Shown here: positions 28,741 to 37,270 of the stretch, piece by piece
How positions within the stretch are numbered: the first letter of the stretch is position 1
Layout of the letters: every line of letters begins with the position of its first letter
Assembly: GCA_034428935.1 (NCBI GenBank)
Contig: DAOUHB010000003.1
Coordinates: forward strand, 974-64,973
Source of the DNA: Anaerolineae bacterium
GTDB lineage: Bacteria > Chloroflexota > Anaerolineae > JAAYZQ01
DNA length: 64,000 nucleotides
Direction of reading: 5' to 3'
Made by a program: the position numbers and the translations under genes
Notes under the pieces: model-generated
The model's input: only the letters and a program-made list of their open reading frames with translations
What the model was told of the DNA's origin: nothing
Databases searched by the model: none

Positions 28741-28769
28741 AGCATAGCACATCTTACTTCTGTTGTCAA
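28741..28769 (-). promoter_or_regulatory. minus-strand promoter candidate (TTGACA-17-TGc-TATGCT) facing mrp-nifU
   Basis: The reverse complement of 28764-28769 is TTGACA and that of 28741-28746 is TATGCT. The -10 is flanked by GCACAT hexamers (28735-40 and 28747-52). Confidence 0.5.
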
Positions 28770-28797
28770 GTATTCTGGACAGAATGGCAATTATCTA

Positions 28798-28826
28798 TTG
28801 ACAGCTAGCATCTAGCGTGTTATACT
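28798..28826 (+). promoter_or_regulatory. plus-strand promoter candidate (TTGACA-17-TGt-TATACT) facing the DUF1638 operon
   Basis: The hexamers and spacer were counted by hand. The spacer contains the palindrome gctagcatctagc (28804-28816). Confidence 0.55.
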
Positions 28827-28873
28827 GCAACTAACAAGGGAGCAAGCACATACATGTAGAGTGCCGATACTGG

Positions 28874-29179
28874 GTGGGGATCCGGCTCGAGAGCCCCATC
28901 AGCGACGGCTTTCGAGAGGGTAGTACGGCCGGTGAGGGCGTGTGCCCCGGACAGGAGCTTGTGCCAGGAGCAAGTCGACGATGGACCAGAGCTTCTCCGA
29001 CCATCGATCGCATCTCCAGGCCAACTCTGGGCACTCTCCTGGCCCTGTCTGCAGGGGCATTGGTTTACGTCGGTGCTTCTCACCTGCTGCCTGAGGTGGA
29101 GAAAGAAAACCGGCGCTTTATGATTTCACTGGCCGTTGGCGTGTTGGTGGCCCTGGCGATTGTAGCGGCCAAGGGGTGA
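28874..29179 (+). pseudogene. C-terminal remnant of a ZIP-family metal transporter (metal-ligand residues degenerate)
   Basis: The tail LLALSAGALVYVGASHLLPEVEKE...LAVGVLVALAIVAAKG is ZIP-like. The upstream SDGFREGS and CPGQELVPGA resemble the HxxxDGxAxG and HExPQELGD motifs but have lost their His residues. The N-terminal half of the protein is absent. Confidence 0.45.
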
Positions 29180-29276
29180 GTTGCTTTCGGCAACGGGTTG
29201 GCCGCGCTACAACAGGATTACGCGGGCCAGCGCGGCCCAAGACAAAGGGAAAGCAGAGGTTGGAAAGGTGACCGAG

Positions 29277-29957
29277 ATGATCCAATCCAGTTTTGCAGAT
29301 CGCTGCATCATATCCTGTGGTATGCTCCATCCAGAGCTAACCCACCTGGTACAGGCCGGCTTTCTGAACCCACGCCGGCTTCTGTTCACACCACCGGGCC
29401 TGCACGCTCTGCCCGAGAAGCTGGAAGAGCACCTGCTCGAAAGGCTGGCCCAAGCCCGCGAACTGTGCGCCGATCACGAGATCATTGTCGTGTATGGCAA
29501 AAAGTGCCACGTCAGCACTGACGAACCGCTCAAGCGGGTGGATACGATACTGGCGGAGGCAGGCCGGGGAATCGTCAGGGTCCAGGGCGAATATGGCTAT
29601 GATATGCTTGCTGGCCTCGAAGAACGACAGGAGATCAGCGGGGGGAGACAGGACAAGATCCTGTGGTTCACGCCCGCCTGGCTCAAGAGCTGGAAGACCA
29701 TCTTTCAGAAGTATTTCGCGTGGGATGAGGCGGATGCCAATGCCAACTTTCCCGGCTTCTACGACAAGATCATTGTCCTGGACAGCCTCGGCATTGCCGA
29801 CGAGTACATGGAACAGCACCCTGAGGATATTCTGGACCTGTTCGACTGGACGGGCCTGGAGGTCGAGTTCTGCCCAATTGCCCTCGACCGCTTCAGGCGC
29901 TTGCTTACCGAGGCTCTCTCCCCTGTCAAAGCCGGCATGGCAGTACGCAGTGCTTGA
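29277..29957 (+). CDS. DUF1638 domain protein
   Basis: The sequence is MIQSSFADRCIISCGMLHPELTHLV...LLFTPPGLHALPEKLEEHLLERL...WFTPAWLKSW. The family was recognised from memory of the DUF1638 pattern and has not been verified. Confidence 0.65.
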   Translation: MIQSSFADRCIISCGMLHPELTHLVQAGFLNPRRLLFTPPGLHALPEKLEEHLLERLAQARELCADHEIIVVYGKKCHVSTDEPLKRVDTILAEAGRGIVRVQGEYGYDMLAGLEERQEISGGRQDKILWFTPAWLKSWKTIFQKYFAWDEADANANFPGFYDKIIVLDSLGIADEYMEQHPEDILDLFDWTGLEVEFCPIALDRFRRLLTEALSPVKAGMAVRSA

Positions 29958-30043
29958 TGGTGGCGACCCGTTCCAGGTCTTGTCGGCACCGGGCAGGCGA
30001 CGGGGAGTGATAGATTAGGACAGTGGTTGGGAGGACAGAGACA

Positions 30044-30874
30044 ATGCGGCTAACCTGTGTAGTTGACAATGCCGTGGAGCGCAGTTCAGCATTGTGGGGC
30101 GAGCACGGCCTGGCCTTTTTGATAGAAGCGAATGGCAGGCGATTGCTGTTCGACATGGGCCAGAGTGGGACGTGCCTGCTGCATAACCTGGATCTGCTGG
30201 GTAAAAAGCCGGGAACGATCGATGCCCTGGCCATGAGTCACGCCCACTACGATCACAGCGGTGGCTTGCCGGCCCTGATGGAGCACCTGCAACGCGGCAT
30301 CTCGCTATATGCCAATCCGGACTTGTTCCGCGAGCGGTTCTCGCAGAAGCAGGGAAAGCTGCGCAGCACCGGCCTTTCTCTGAGCCGGGAGGCCTTGGCG
30401 GAACGACTGGCGTTGAGGCTGCATGCCTGGCCCCAGGAGATCCTGCCTGGTGTGTGGACGACGGGAGAGATATCGGAACGACCTGAGGCAGAGGGCAAGA
30501 GCGATTACCTCCTGATGCGCGAGGGGGAGGAACTCGTCGCCGATGCTTATCGTGATGATATGGCGCTCGTACTCGAGAGGGACGACAGACTCATGCTGCT
30601 CTGCGGTTGCTGTCACGCCAGATTGCTCAATACGCTAGCCCACGTCAACCGCATCTTTGAGATGCCCATCGCGGTCATCGCTGGTGGGCTGCACCTCACC
30701 GGTATTACGGGCGACGCCCTGCGGCGCACTGGCGAGTTGCTGGCGGCGATGCCGGCACTGGAGCGGGTATACCCGAACCACTGTACCGGCGAAGCGGCCT
30801 TTGTCACGCTGACCCAGATCTTGGGATCTTCTGTCGTGTGTCCCTGTCCGGCAGGGACCGTATTGGAGTTCTGA
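30044..30874 (+). CDS. MBL-fold metallo-hydrolase (COG1237-type)
   Basis: The N-terminus is MRLTCVVDNAVERSSALWGEHGLAFLIE and the metal motif is SHAHYDHSGGLPAL. The RBS is GGGAGGA. Confidence 0.85.
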   Translation: MRLTCVVDNAVERSSALWGEHGLAFLIEANGRRLLFDMGQSGTCLLHNLDLLGKKPGTIDALAMSHAHYDHSGGLPALMEHLQRGISLYANPDLFRERFSQKQGKLRSTGLSLSREALAERLALRLHAWPQEILPGVWTTGEISERPEAEGKSDYLLMREGEELVADAYRDDMALVLERDDRLMLLCGCCHARLLNTLAHVNRIFEMPIAVIAGGLHLTGITGDALRRTGELLAAMPALERVYPNHCTGEAAFVTLTQILGSSVVCPCPAGTVLEF

Positions 30875-30876
30875 AA

Positions 30877-31113
30877 TTGGCCGGGTTCGCCAACCGGGTG
30901 ATCGTCGGTTGGTTGAGGGACTGTAAAACAGCGTTGTTCGCCGAGAAATTGGTCAAGAACGCGCTCAACTCTGTCGGGGATGATCGGGTTCGGAAGCATT
31001 CCTATCAAGTTCTTGGAGGCAGGCCGGCGATTGCCCTCAATGCAGTAAACGACCTTGTCCCCGAGGATCTCCAACGGCGGCTACGTGAGGGGAGCACGCC
31101 GAAGGAGGACTGA
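30877..31113 (+). CDS. candidate small ORF (78 aa) between the MBL and radical SAM genes
   Basis: TTG 30877 lies 8 nt after GGAG. I recognise no family. Its codon composition resembles its neighbours. This is a weak call. Confidence 0.25.
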   Translation: MAGFANRVIVGWLRDCKTALFAEKLVKNALNSVGDDRVRKHSYQVLGGRPAIALNAVNDLVPEDLQRRLREGSTPKED

Positions 31114-31137
31114 CCAACAAATAAGGAGGCTGTGAGC

Positions 31138-32091
31138 ATGATCGCATTTGGACCGGTTCCTTCCAGGCGCTTGGGACAAAGCCTGGGCATCAACAACATT
31201 CCGCCCAAAATCTGCACCTATTCGTGTGTCTATTGCCAGGTGGGCCGAACTCTGCGGATGCACGTGGACCGTCGACCATTCTATGAGCCAGAGGAAGTCG
31301 CGAGTTCCGTGCGTGAGAAGGTCGCGAGAGCGAGAGAGGCTGGTGAACCCATCGACTACCTGACCTTCGTTCCCGATGGGGAGCCAACCTTGGACGTCAA
31401 CCTTGGGCGAGAGATCGAGCTTCTGAGACCGCTGGGTTTGCCCATCGCCGTCATTAGCAACGCCTCACTCATCTCGCGGGAGGACGTCCGCCGGGAGCTG
31501 ATGAGCGCGGACTGGGTGTCGCTGAAGGTGGATGCCGTTGATTCGGCCATCTGGCGACAGAACGACCGCCCCCATCGTAGCCTGCACCTATCCCCGATCC
31601 TGGAGGGCCTCCTTGCGTTTGCCGGGCATTTTGGCGGAGAGTTGGTGACAGAGACCATGCTCGTGGCCGGTGTCAACGATGGCCCACGACACTTGCGGGG
31701 GTTGGCCGCCTTTCTGGCACGCCTGCAGCCGGATCGCGCCTACCTGTCCATCCCGACTCGCCCGCCGGCCGAGCCGTGGGTGCAAGCGCCCGATGAGGAG
31801 GTCGTAAACCGCGCGTACCACATTCTCAGGGAAGAGGTGTCAAAGGTGGAATACCTCATCGGCTATGAAGGGAATGCCTTTGCCTTCACCGGCGACGTGG
31901 AGCAGGACCTGCTGAGTATCACCGCCGTTCATCCGATGCGCGAGGATGCCGTGAGCGATTACCTGGCCCGGGCCGGCGTGGGGTGGACAGCGGTGCAGCG
32001 GCTGGTGGCCGAGGGCCAGCTAGCCGCAGTCAAGTACCGCGAACACGCCTTCTACCTGAGAAAGCTACAAGCGCCTCGTCGAGGTGCATGA
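31138..32091 (+). CDS. radical SAM protein (COG0731 / Tyw1-related family, function unknown in bacteria)
   Basis: The sequence is MIAFGPVPSRRLGQSLGINNIPPKICTYSCVYCQVG, with the CX3CX2C motif. The RBS AAGGAGG lies 8 nt upstream. Confidence 0.85.
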   Translation: MIAFGPVPSRRLGQSLGINNIPPKICTYSCVYCQVGRTLRMHVDRRPFYEPEEVASSVREKVARAREAGEPIDYLTFVPDGEPTLDVNLGREIELLRPLGLPIAVISNASLISREDVRRELMSADWVSLKVDAVDSAIWRQNDRPHRSLHLSPILEGLLAFAGHFGGELVTETMLVAGVNDGPRHLRGLAAFLARLQPDRAYLSIPTRPPAEPWVQAPDEEVVNRAYHILREEVSKVEYLIGYEGNAFAFTGDVEQDLLSITAVHPMREDAVSDYLARAGVGWTAVQRLVAEGQLAAVKYREHAFYLRKLQAPRRGA

Positions 32092-32113
32092 GATCTTGCA
32101 GAAAGGAGAAAAG

Positions 32114-33025
32114 ATGGCAACGCGAATCCTGGTTCCGTTGGATGGGTCGCCCTTGGCCGAGCAGGCACTCGGCTGTGCCCACGCACTGGCACGGGGACTG
32201 CCGGCCGAACTGATTCTGTTCCGCGCCGTCTGGATCCCGCCTGACGTCCGGGAGCTGCTGAACGAGTCAACCGTGGAGTTGAACGCCATCCTGGCGCAGG
32301 CAAAGACGGAAGCGGATGAGTACCTGCGCGGGCTGAAGGAGCAACTGGGGAAGCTCGGCCTGGACGTTCGTTCTGTGGTGCGAGAGGGGCCGGCGGCGGA
32401 GGCTATCCTGGAGTATGCCACCCGGGAAAAAGTCGACCAGATCGTCATGGCCACCCATGGCTACAGCGGCTTCAAGCGTTGGACGCACGGCAGCGTGGCC
32501 GAGCGGGTGTTACAGGCAACCCAGGTGCCGCTCCTTCTCGTTCGGGCCGACGAGCGAGGCGTTGCGCAAAATTGGCAGCAGCCGGCACACTGCCGGCGAA
32601 TCCTGGCACCGTTGGACGGCTCTCCCACGGCAGAGCAGATCTTGCCAACCTTGACCCCTGTCGTCCGGGCCATGGGTGCCAACCTGACCCTTTTCCAGGT
32701 TCCCATCGCCTACAGCTCCGGAGCGATGACAGGCGAATTGTATCTCCCCCTTCAGGGGGTGCTTGAGACGGCGGAAGCGGAGTCGCGGGCGTATCTGGGT
32801 GCTGTTGCCGGCCGCCTGGCGGCGCAGGGGCTGGATGTGACCACGGCGACAGCCAACGGCTCCGTGGCGAACTGCATCATCGAGTACGCCGAGGCCAATC
32901 GGGTGGACTTGATCGCCATGTGCACCCATGGCCGGACAGGCCTGGCGCGATGGGCATTGGGCAGCGTCGCCGATCGGATCCTACGGGCGGGTAGTACCCC
33001 GATCTTGCTCGTGCGAGCCCGGTGA
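32114..33025 (+). CDS. tandem-domain universal stress protein (2 x UspA)
   Basis: MATRILVPLDGSPLAEQAL and RILAPLDGSPTAEQIL start the two repeats. Each repeat has the ATP motifs (ATHGYSGFKRWTHGSVAERV and CTHGRTGLARWALGSVADRI). Confidence 0.9.
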   Translation: MATRILVPLDGSPLAEQALGCAHALARGLPAELILFRAVWIPPDVRELLNESTVELNAILAQAKTEADEYLRGLKEQLGKLGLDVRSVVREGPAAEAILEYATREKVDQIVMATHGYSGFKRWTHGSVAERVLQATQVPLLLVRADERGVAQNWQQPAHCRRILAPLDGSPTAEQILPTLTPVVRAMGANLTLFQVPIAYSSGAMTGELYLPLQGVLETAEAESRAYLGAVAGRLAAQGLDVTTATANGSVANCIIEYAEANRVDLIAMCTHGRTGLARWALGSVADRILRAGSTPILLVRAR

Positions 33026-33263
33026 TGGTTCATGGATCGTAACAGGAGGTTTTGTTCCGCACTCGCGCCTTTTCCTTCGGGCGTGAGCGGGACGACGACC
33101 GGGCGGCTGCCGTCTGGCTTTACTTTCGTGCCTTCAACGCTTGCCGCGCCACGTGCCGGCGGTGGGCATGGTCATGCGAAAGCGAGAGGAGAAGATAGAG
33201 TTGATCCACTCTGCCGAGGAAGCAGAGATTCGTTCGCCGAACAGGGATCAGAAAGGGGAGAGA

Positions 33264-33719
33264 ATGGTCCGTACCAGAGGCCTGCGTGAGACACTGCATA
33301 CCAGCGGCCGCCGGCTCACCCGTCAACGCCGGCTGGTGCTCCGGGTGCTGGAAGAAAGCAGAGAGCACCTGGACGCCGAGAGGCTCTACGACCTGGCGAC
33401 ATCCTTGGATCCCAATATTAGCCTGGCGACGGTGTATCGCACCCTGGCCATTCTTAAAGAGATGGGACTGGTGGAGGAACACCGACTGGGTGAAGGGCAC
33501 GCCCACTTTGAGGCAACCCGAAGCACTCCTCATTATCACTTTACGTGCACTGCGTGCGGCCGCGTGATCGAGTTTGATGCACCGCAGGTTGCAGAGGTCG
33601 TTGAGCGCCTGAGCAAGCAGAGAGGACTACAGGTCACCGGTGCCCACTTTCTCGTCACGGGGCGGTGTACCCGCTGCCAGGACGAGGGGGAAGCAGTTCC
33701 GGAGAAGCCGCAGCCATAA
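33264..33719 (+). CDS. Fur-family metalloregulator (Fur/Zur/PerR type undetermined)
   Basis: It has GRRLTRQRRLVLRVLEES...SLATVYRTLAILKEMGLV, HHYHFTCTACGRVIEF and the C-terminal CTRC. Confidence 0.9.
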   Translation: MVRTRGLRETLHTSGRRLTRQRRLVLRVLEESREHLDAERLYDLATSLDPNISLATVYRTLAILKEMGLVEEHRLGEGHAHFEATRSTPHYHFTCTACGRVIEFDAPQVAEVVERLSKQRGLQVTGAHFLVTGRCTRCQDEGEAVPEKPQP

Positions 33720-33794
33720 CCCGAAAATAGGGCCGACAAAAGGACTCGGGTGGAGCCACCAATTTGCGGTCCAGGATATCGGGCAATAGAACAT

Positions 33795-33823
33795 TTGAGC
33801 GACCGCGTTTTTTGTGGTACAAT
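33795..33823 (+). promoter_or_regulatory. promoter (TTGAGC-17-TGg-TACAAT) predicting a leaderless helicase mRNA
   Basis: The -10 ends at 33823 and the ATG is at 33830. No RBS can fit in between. Confidence 0.5.
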
Positions 33824-33829
33824 GCGTGT

Positions 33830-36286
33830 ATGGACACGGCGACTTTTTTGAAGCAGCTTGCCAGCCTGCCCGGCTACAAGGGCCAGGTGGTGCATGTGGA
33901 GCACTTGCCGGCGCGCAAGGCACGCTACGGGCAACTGGAGCGGCCCTTGCCTGGGCCCCTCCAGGCCGCGCTCAAGCGTGTAGGCGCCGAGCGGCTGTAC
34001 AGCCACCAGGCCCAGGCCATCAACGCCGCTCGCCGCGGCCAGCACCTGATCCTGGCCACGGGCACGGCCAGCGGCAAGACGCTGGCCTACAACGTGCCGG
34101 TCCTGGAAGCCATCGTCGCCGACCGCAACGCCCGGGCCCTCTACCTCTTTCCCACCAAGGCGCTGGCCCAGGATCAGCTCCGCAGCCTGGCGGCCCTGAC
34201 CGAGGGCGACGTAAGGGGCATCCGCTTCGGCACCTACGACGGCGACACGCCCCAGGCGGCCCGCAGCCGCCTGCGGCGCGAGGTGAGCGTCCTGCTGACC
34301 AATCCCGACATGCTCCACGTCGGCATCCTGCCCAACCACAACCTGTGGGCCGGTTTTTTCGCCAACCTGCGCTTTGTGGTGATCGACGAGGCCCACGTCT
34401 ACCGCGGTGTCTTTGGCTCCCACGTGGCCAACGTCCTGCGGCGGCTGTGGCGCGTGTGCGCCCGTTACGGCGCCGCGCCGCAGATCATTGCCTGTTCGGC
34501 CACCATCGCCAATCCCGGCGAGCACCTGCACCGGCTGGCGGGCATCGAGCCAGTGGTCATTGACGACGACGGCGCGCCGGCCAGCGCCCGCGATTTCGTC
34601 CTGTGGAACCCGCCCTTTGTCGACGCGGCCCGGACGGCGCGGCGTAGCGCCAACATCGAGGCGGCGCGCCTCCTGGCGCAACTGGTGCAGGCCGGCGTGC
34701 GGACCATTGCTTTCAGCCGCGCCCGCCGCGTGGCCGAGCTGATCCTGCTCTATGCGAGGCGCATCCTCCAGGACCAGGCCCCCGCCCTGGCCGACCGCAT
34801 CCGGGCCTATCGGGCCGGCTACCGGCCCGAGCAGCGCCGCGAGATCGAGCACGGCCTGCGGGCGGGGGGCAACCTGCTGGGTGTCACGGCCACCTCTGCC
34901 CTGGAGCTGGGCATCGACATCGGCGACCTGGATGCGTCGCTCCTGGTGGGCTATCCGGGCACCATCGCCAGCCTGTGGCAGCAGGCCGGGCGGGCGGGCC
35001 GCGGCACGCGCCAGGCTTTGTCGCTGCTCATCGCCCAGGACAATCCCCTGGACCAGTACTTCATGCGGCATCCGCGGGACCTCTTTGGGCGGCCCCACGA
35101 GCACGCCCTCATTGACCCGTCGAACCCCTACGTGCTGGAACAGCACCTGCCCTGCGCTGCCCACGAGTCTCCCCTGTCGCGCGGTGCGGAGGAGGGCGAG
35201 GCGGCCCCTGTCTTCCAGGAGAGCTGGGGGGCGAGGGCCAGCCCGCGCCGGGCGCTGCCCGGCGGGCGCAGGGGAGGGCGTGCTGTCGCGTCGGGGACGC
35301 CGGCGCCGCGGACGGCGGGTGCCAGCCTGCCAACTGGCCTGGCAGCCGGCGACGACGAAGATCTGTTCGGCCCCGGCTTTGTGAGCGCCATGGTCACGCT
35401 GGAGGACAGCGGCCGGCTGATCTACCAGGGTGACCGCTGGTACGCCCGGGCCGGCTCCTATCCGGCGGAAGACGTCTCCCTGCGTGCCCTGGCCGGCTCG
35501 CGGGTGGCCCTGCTCAATGCCGCCGATGGGTTCCGCATCATGGAAGAGATCGAGGCCACCTCGGCCCTGTTTCGCGTCCATCCCGGGGCCGTCTACCTGC
35601 ACCAGGGCGAGTCGTTCGTGGTGCGCGAGCTGGACCTGGACATCGGGCACGCCATCCTGGAGCCGGCACAGGTCAACCACTACACCCAGCCCCGCGAGAT
35701 CAATGACGTGCGCATCGTCCGTTCGCTGGCACACAAGCAGTTCGACGGCGCCACGACCTATCTTGGCACGCTGCGGGTCACGCAGCAGGTCATCGGCTAC
35801 CGGCGCATCCAGCAGTTCCGCGAAGAGGTAATGAGCGTGGTGGACCTGGACCTGCCGTCGCAGACCTTTGAGACGGTGGGCGTGTGGTGGGACGTGCCCG
35901 AGGCCATCATCCAGCAGGTGCGGCGCAGGCGCCTGGACCTGGCGGGCGGGCTACACGCCATGGAGCACGCGGCCATCGGCCTGCTGCCTCTCTTTGCCAT
36001 GTGCGACCGCTGGGATATTGGCGGGCTGTCTACCCCCCGGCACCCCGACACCGAGGCGGCCCAGGTCTTTATCTACGACGCCTTTCCGGGCGGCGTCGGC
36101 ATCGCCGAGAAGGGGTTCGAGCTGGTCGCCGACCTGTGGCGGGCGACCCACGACGCCGTGCGAGACTGCCCCTGCGAGGATGGCTGCCCCAGTTGCATCC
36201 AGAGCCCAAAGTGCGGCTCGAACAACGAACCCCTGGACAAGCAGGCCGCCGTTCTGATCCTGGCCGAACTCCTCAAACGCTCGTAG
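33830..36286 (+). CDS. DEAD/DEAH-box helicase with a C-terminal DUF1998 zinc module (YprA/MrfA-like)
   Basis: It has the Walker A motif TGTASGKTL, the DEAH box (VIDEAHVYRG), the helicase-C motif QQAGRAGRG and the C-terminal CPCEDGCPSCIQSPKCGSNN. Confidence 0.9.
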   Translation: MDTATFLKQLASLPGYKGQVVHVEHLPARKARYGQLERPLPGPLQAALKRVGAERLYSHQAQAINAARRGQHLILATGTASGKTLAYNVPVLEAIVADRNARALYLFPTKALAQDQLRSLAALTEGDVRGIRFGTYDGDTPQAARSRLRREVSVLLTNPDMLHVGILPNHNLWAGFFANLRFVVIDEAHVYRGVFGSHVANVLRRLWRVCARYGAAPQIIACSATIANPGEHLHRLAGIEPVVIDDDGAPASARDFVLWNPPFVDAARTARRSANIEAARLLAQLVQAGVRTIAFSRARRVAELILLYARRILQDQAPALADRIRAYRAGYRPEQRREIEHGLRAGGNLLGVTATSALELGIDIGDLDASLLVGYPGTIASLWQQAGRAGRGTRQALSLLIAQDNPLDQYFMRHPRDLFGRPHEHALIDPSNPYVLEQHLPCAAHESPLSRGAEEGEAAPVFQESWGARASPRRALPGGRRGGRAVASGTPAPRTAGASLPTGLAAGDDEDLFGPGFVSAMVTLEDSGRLIYQGDRWYARAGSYPAEDVSLRALAGSRVALLNAADGFRIMEEIEATSALFRVHPGAVYLHQGESFVVRELDLDIGHAILEPAQVNHYTQPREINDVRIVRSLAHKQFDGATTYLGTLRVTQQVIGYRRIQQFREEVMSVVDLDLPSQTFETVGVWWDVPEAIIQQVRRRRLDLAGGLHAMEHAAIGLLPLFAMCDRWDIGGLSTPRHPDTEAAQVFIYDAFPGGVGIAEKGFELVADLWRATHDAVRDCPCEDGCPSCIQSPKCGSNNEPLDKQAAVLILAELLKRS

Positions 36287-36354
36287 CCCTCCAGGCCTGG
36301 CCGGCCACGGCAATCCGCCGTCTGTTTGGCGCTTGCCGGCCCGGACGTCAGGAC

Positions 36355-37005
36355 CTAGTCTTCCACGGTTTGTGAAAGCGGAGACCTGCCAGGGGGCGGT
36401 GACACGTTCGGGTCTCGGCGCGCTGCTCGCCGGGCCAGCAGGTTGATGATATAGAATCCGCCAACGAGGAGCACGGAGAACGCCACCACGGCCAGCTCGA
36501 AATATTGATCGAGAAAGACCTTGACGGATTCGCCAAAGATGAGGATCACCAATCCCACCAGGAAAAAGCGGCCACCCCGCCCAATCGCCGAAGCCAGCAT
36601 AAAGCGCTTCAGGTCGAGTCCGAACGCTCCCGCAGAGATGGAAAAGAGCTTGTAGGGAATGGGCGTAAAGCCTGCGAGGCCCACTGCCCAGACGTCGTAG
36701 CGCCTGTAGTAGTTTTGTACCAGGCTGACCTTTTCCTGCTTGAAAAAGCGTTGGAGCAACGGGCGTCCGCCTTTGTCGCCAATGTAATAGCCCAGGAGCC
36801 CGCCGGCCAGCGACCCGCCTGTCGCAATAGCCGCGAACAGCAACGCCCAGGCCGTCCTGGCCAGCGCCAGAGGGATCAACAATACGTCCGGCGGTACCGG
36901 AAAAAACGACGATTCGGCAAAAGCGATGGCAAAGAGCGCCACACCTCCATAAGGAGACGCCGCCCAGCCAGCCGTCCACTCTATCAGGTCCCGTAGAAAC
37001 TCCAT
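36355..37005 (-). CDS. DedA/SNARE-associated family membrane protein
   Basis: The sequence is YGGVALFAIAFAESSFFPVPPDVLLIPLAL. The start is at ATG 37003-37005, after AGGAGA. Confidence 0.85.
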   Translation of the reverse strand: MEFLRDLIEWTAGWAASPYGGVALFAIAFAESSFFPVPPDVLLIPLALARTAWALLFAAIATGGSLAGGLLGYYIGDKGGRPLLQRFFKQEKVSLVQNYYRRYDVWAVGLAGFTPIPYKLFSISAGAFGLDLKRFMLASAIGRGGRFFLVGLVILIFGESVKVFLDQYFELAVVAFSVLLVGGFYIINLLARRAARRDPNVSPPPGRSPLSQTVED

Positions 37006-37063
37006 GCTCGTATTTCTCCTGGTCCAATGCTGCGCCTGGTCCTGAATGACCGGCCTCTCTGCG

Positions 37064-37110
37064 GCAAACAAAAAGCCAACACTTGCCCCCTTTGGGCGTC
37101 GTGTTGGCTT
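37064..37110 (-). terminator. rho-independent terminator downstream of the DUF2294 gene
   Basis: On the minus strand the stem aagccaacac/gtgttggctt (10 bp) is followed by ttttgtttg. Confidence 0.6.
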
Positions 37111-37270
37111 ACCTGGCGGCTGATCTGCTCCCCGCAGGGGAGCCTATCCTCCTCCCTGTCCGCCACACAGTGGCTATTCAGTTGCGCGACAGGAGTCTAG
37201 CACAAAAGGGCAGGCCTGTCAAAAGAGGCGAACCGGCAGCCCGCCATCAGCCGTGGCCGTGCCCGCGCCG

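Noticed and set aside
30613-31074. A minus-strand 153-aa ORF spanning the MBL/radical-SAM intergenic gap.
   Set aside because: Two thirds of it is antisense to the well-supported MBL gene, and it has no recognisable motifs or RBS.
31138-32091. Linking this radical SAM gene with the Memo-like gene at 54017 as an AmmeMemoRadiSam system.
   Set aside because: The two genes are 22 kb apart and on opposite strands. No AMMECR1 gene is present. The GPVPSRRLG...CX3CX2C N-terminus fits the COG0731 type rather than the AmmeMemoRadiSam enzyme as I remember it.
33830-36286. The DUF1998 helicase as the core of an anti-phage system (Druantia DruE-like or similar).
   Set aside because: Its neighbours are a Fur regulator and a DedA membrane protein. 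No additional large unknown genes, nucleases or methylases are adjacent. The MrfA/YprA-type repair helicase is the simpler reading.
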